From: a virus
Lineage: Duplodnaviria > Caudoviricetes
DNA: 34,887 nucleotides
Strand: one strand, 5' to 3'
Virus record (IMG/VR): IMGVR_UViG_3300012940_001437
Coordinates: 1-34,887 of that record
A program made the translations under genes and the position numbers. A model generated the notes under the pieces. That model was not told where the DNA came from and did no database searches. It was given only the letters and a program-made list of their open reading frames with translations. Below, piece after piece: positions 34,644 through 34,887 of the stretch (its first letter is position 1; every line of letters begins with the position of its first letter).

Positions 34644-34663
34644 AATTGTCTATGTGGACAATT
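34644..34663. promoter_or_regulatory. 20-bp palindromic motif copy 16 (AATTGTCTATGTGGACAATT)
   Basis: Intergenic, 12 nt upstream of ATG 34631. Confidence 0.88.
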
Positions 34664-34665
34664 TG

Positions 34666-34887
34666 TTACGAACATAAAAAGCCGTAGTGGTTGTCGCGCA
34701 GTCGGACGGCGAGATTGCGGGCGGTCTCAGCGGTCAGCGGCTTTCCGCCGTCATCCTCGTACCACCGCCATCCGGTATCCGACCGCTCGACATAGATCGT
34801 TGCCCCGCGGCGGCAAATGGTGAATGTCACGCGCGACCGCGGCGCCGAGTTGGCGACGGGTTGATATTGCGGCGCCTGAGCAACCAT
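34666..34887 (-). CDS. Hypothetical protein (start at window edge)
   Basis: 73 aa ORF; true start may lie outside the window. Confidence 0.5.
   Translation of the reverse strand: MVAQAPQYQPVANSAPRSRVTFTICRRGATIYVERSDTGWRWYEDDGGKPLTAETARNLAVRLRDNHYGFLCS

Larger units (their letters stand above)
127..34887 (-). mobile_element. Prophage (siphovirus-like), partial; immunity/integration region not in the window
   Basis: Co-oriented replication, packaging, head, tail and lysis genes in canonical order, adjacent to a truncated host gene. Confidence 0.9.

Noticed and set aside
991-34663. Palindromic repeats as a CRISPR array or integron attC sites
   Set aside because: Copies are hundreds to thousands of bp apart with whole genes between them; no spacer periodicity, cas genes or GTTRRRY/RYYYAAC ends.
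1-34887. tRNA/rRNA genes, integrase, CI repressor, reverse transcriptase/DGR
   Set aside because: No such sequence recognised; intergenic gaps are too short and no long TR/VR-like repeat was seen.

Overview
Most of a temperate, siphovirus-like prophage from a GC-rich bacterium, with almost every gene on the minus strand. Reading right to left: recombination/replication (Rad52-like annealing protein, initiator, primase-helicase), small middle genes, terminases, portal, MuF/gp7, scaffold, capsid, neck, tail, lysis and a GTA-like head-spike module. The left end (~nt 127) appears to be the integration junction, inside a host S9 peptidase gene. The most striking unexplained structure is a 20-bp imperfect palindrome, AATTGTCCAYRTGGACAATT, present in 16 copies. 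Thirteen lie at gene junctions between the upstream stop codon and the next RBS, and five sit exactly 19 nt before the start codon. Other notable features are an endolysin with two internal RBS/starts, a MuF-metallopeptidase with a candidate immunity gene, a dNMP kinase bracketed by the palindrome, a -1 tail-chaperone frameshift and strong CGATCG enrichment. All calls are from motif recognition by eye; no database searches were run.
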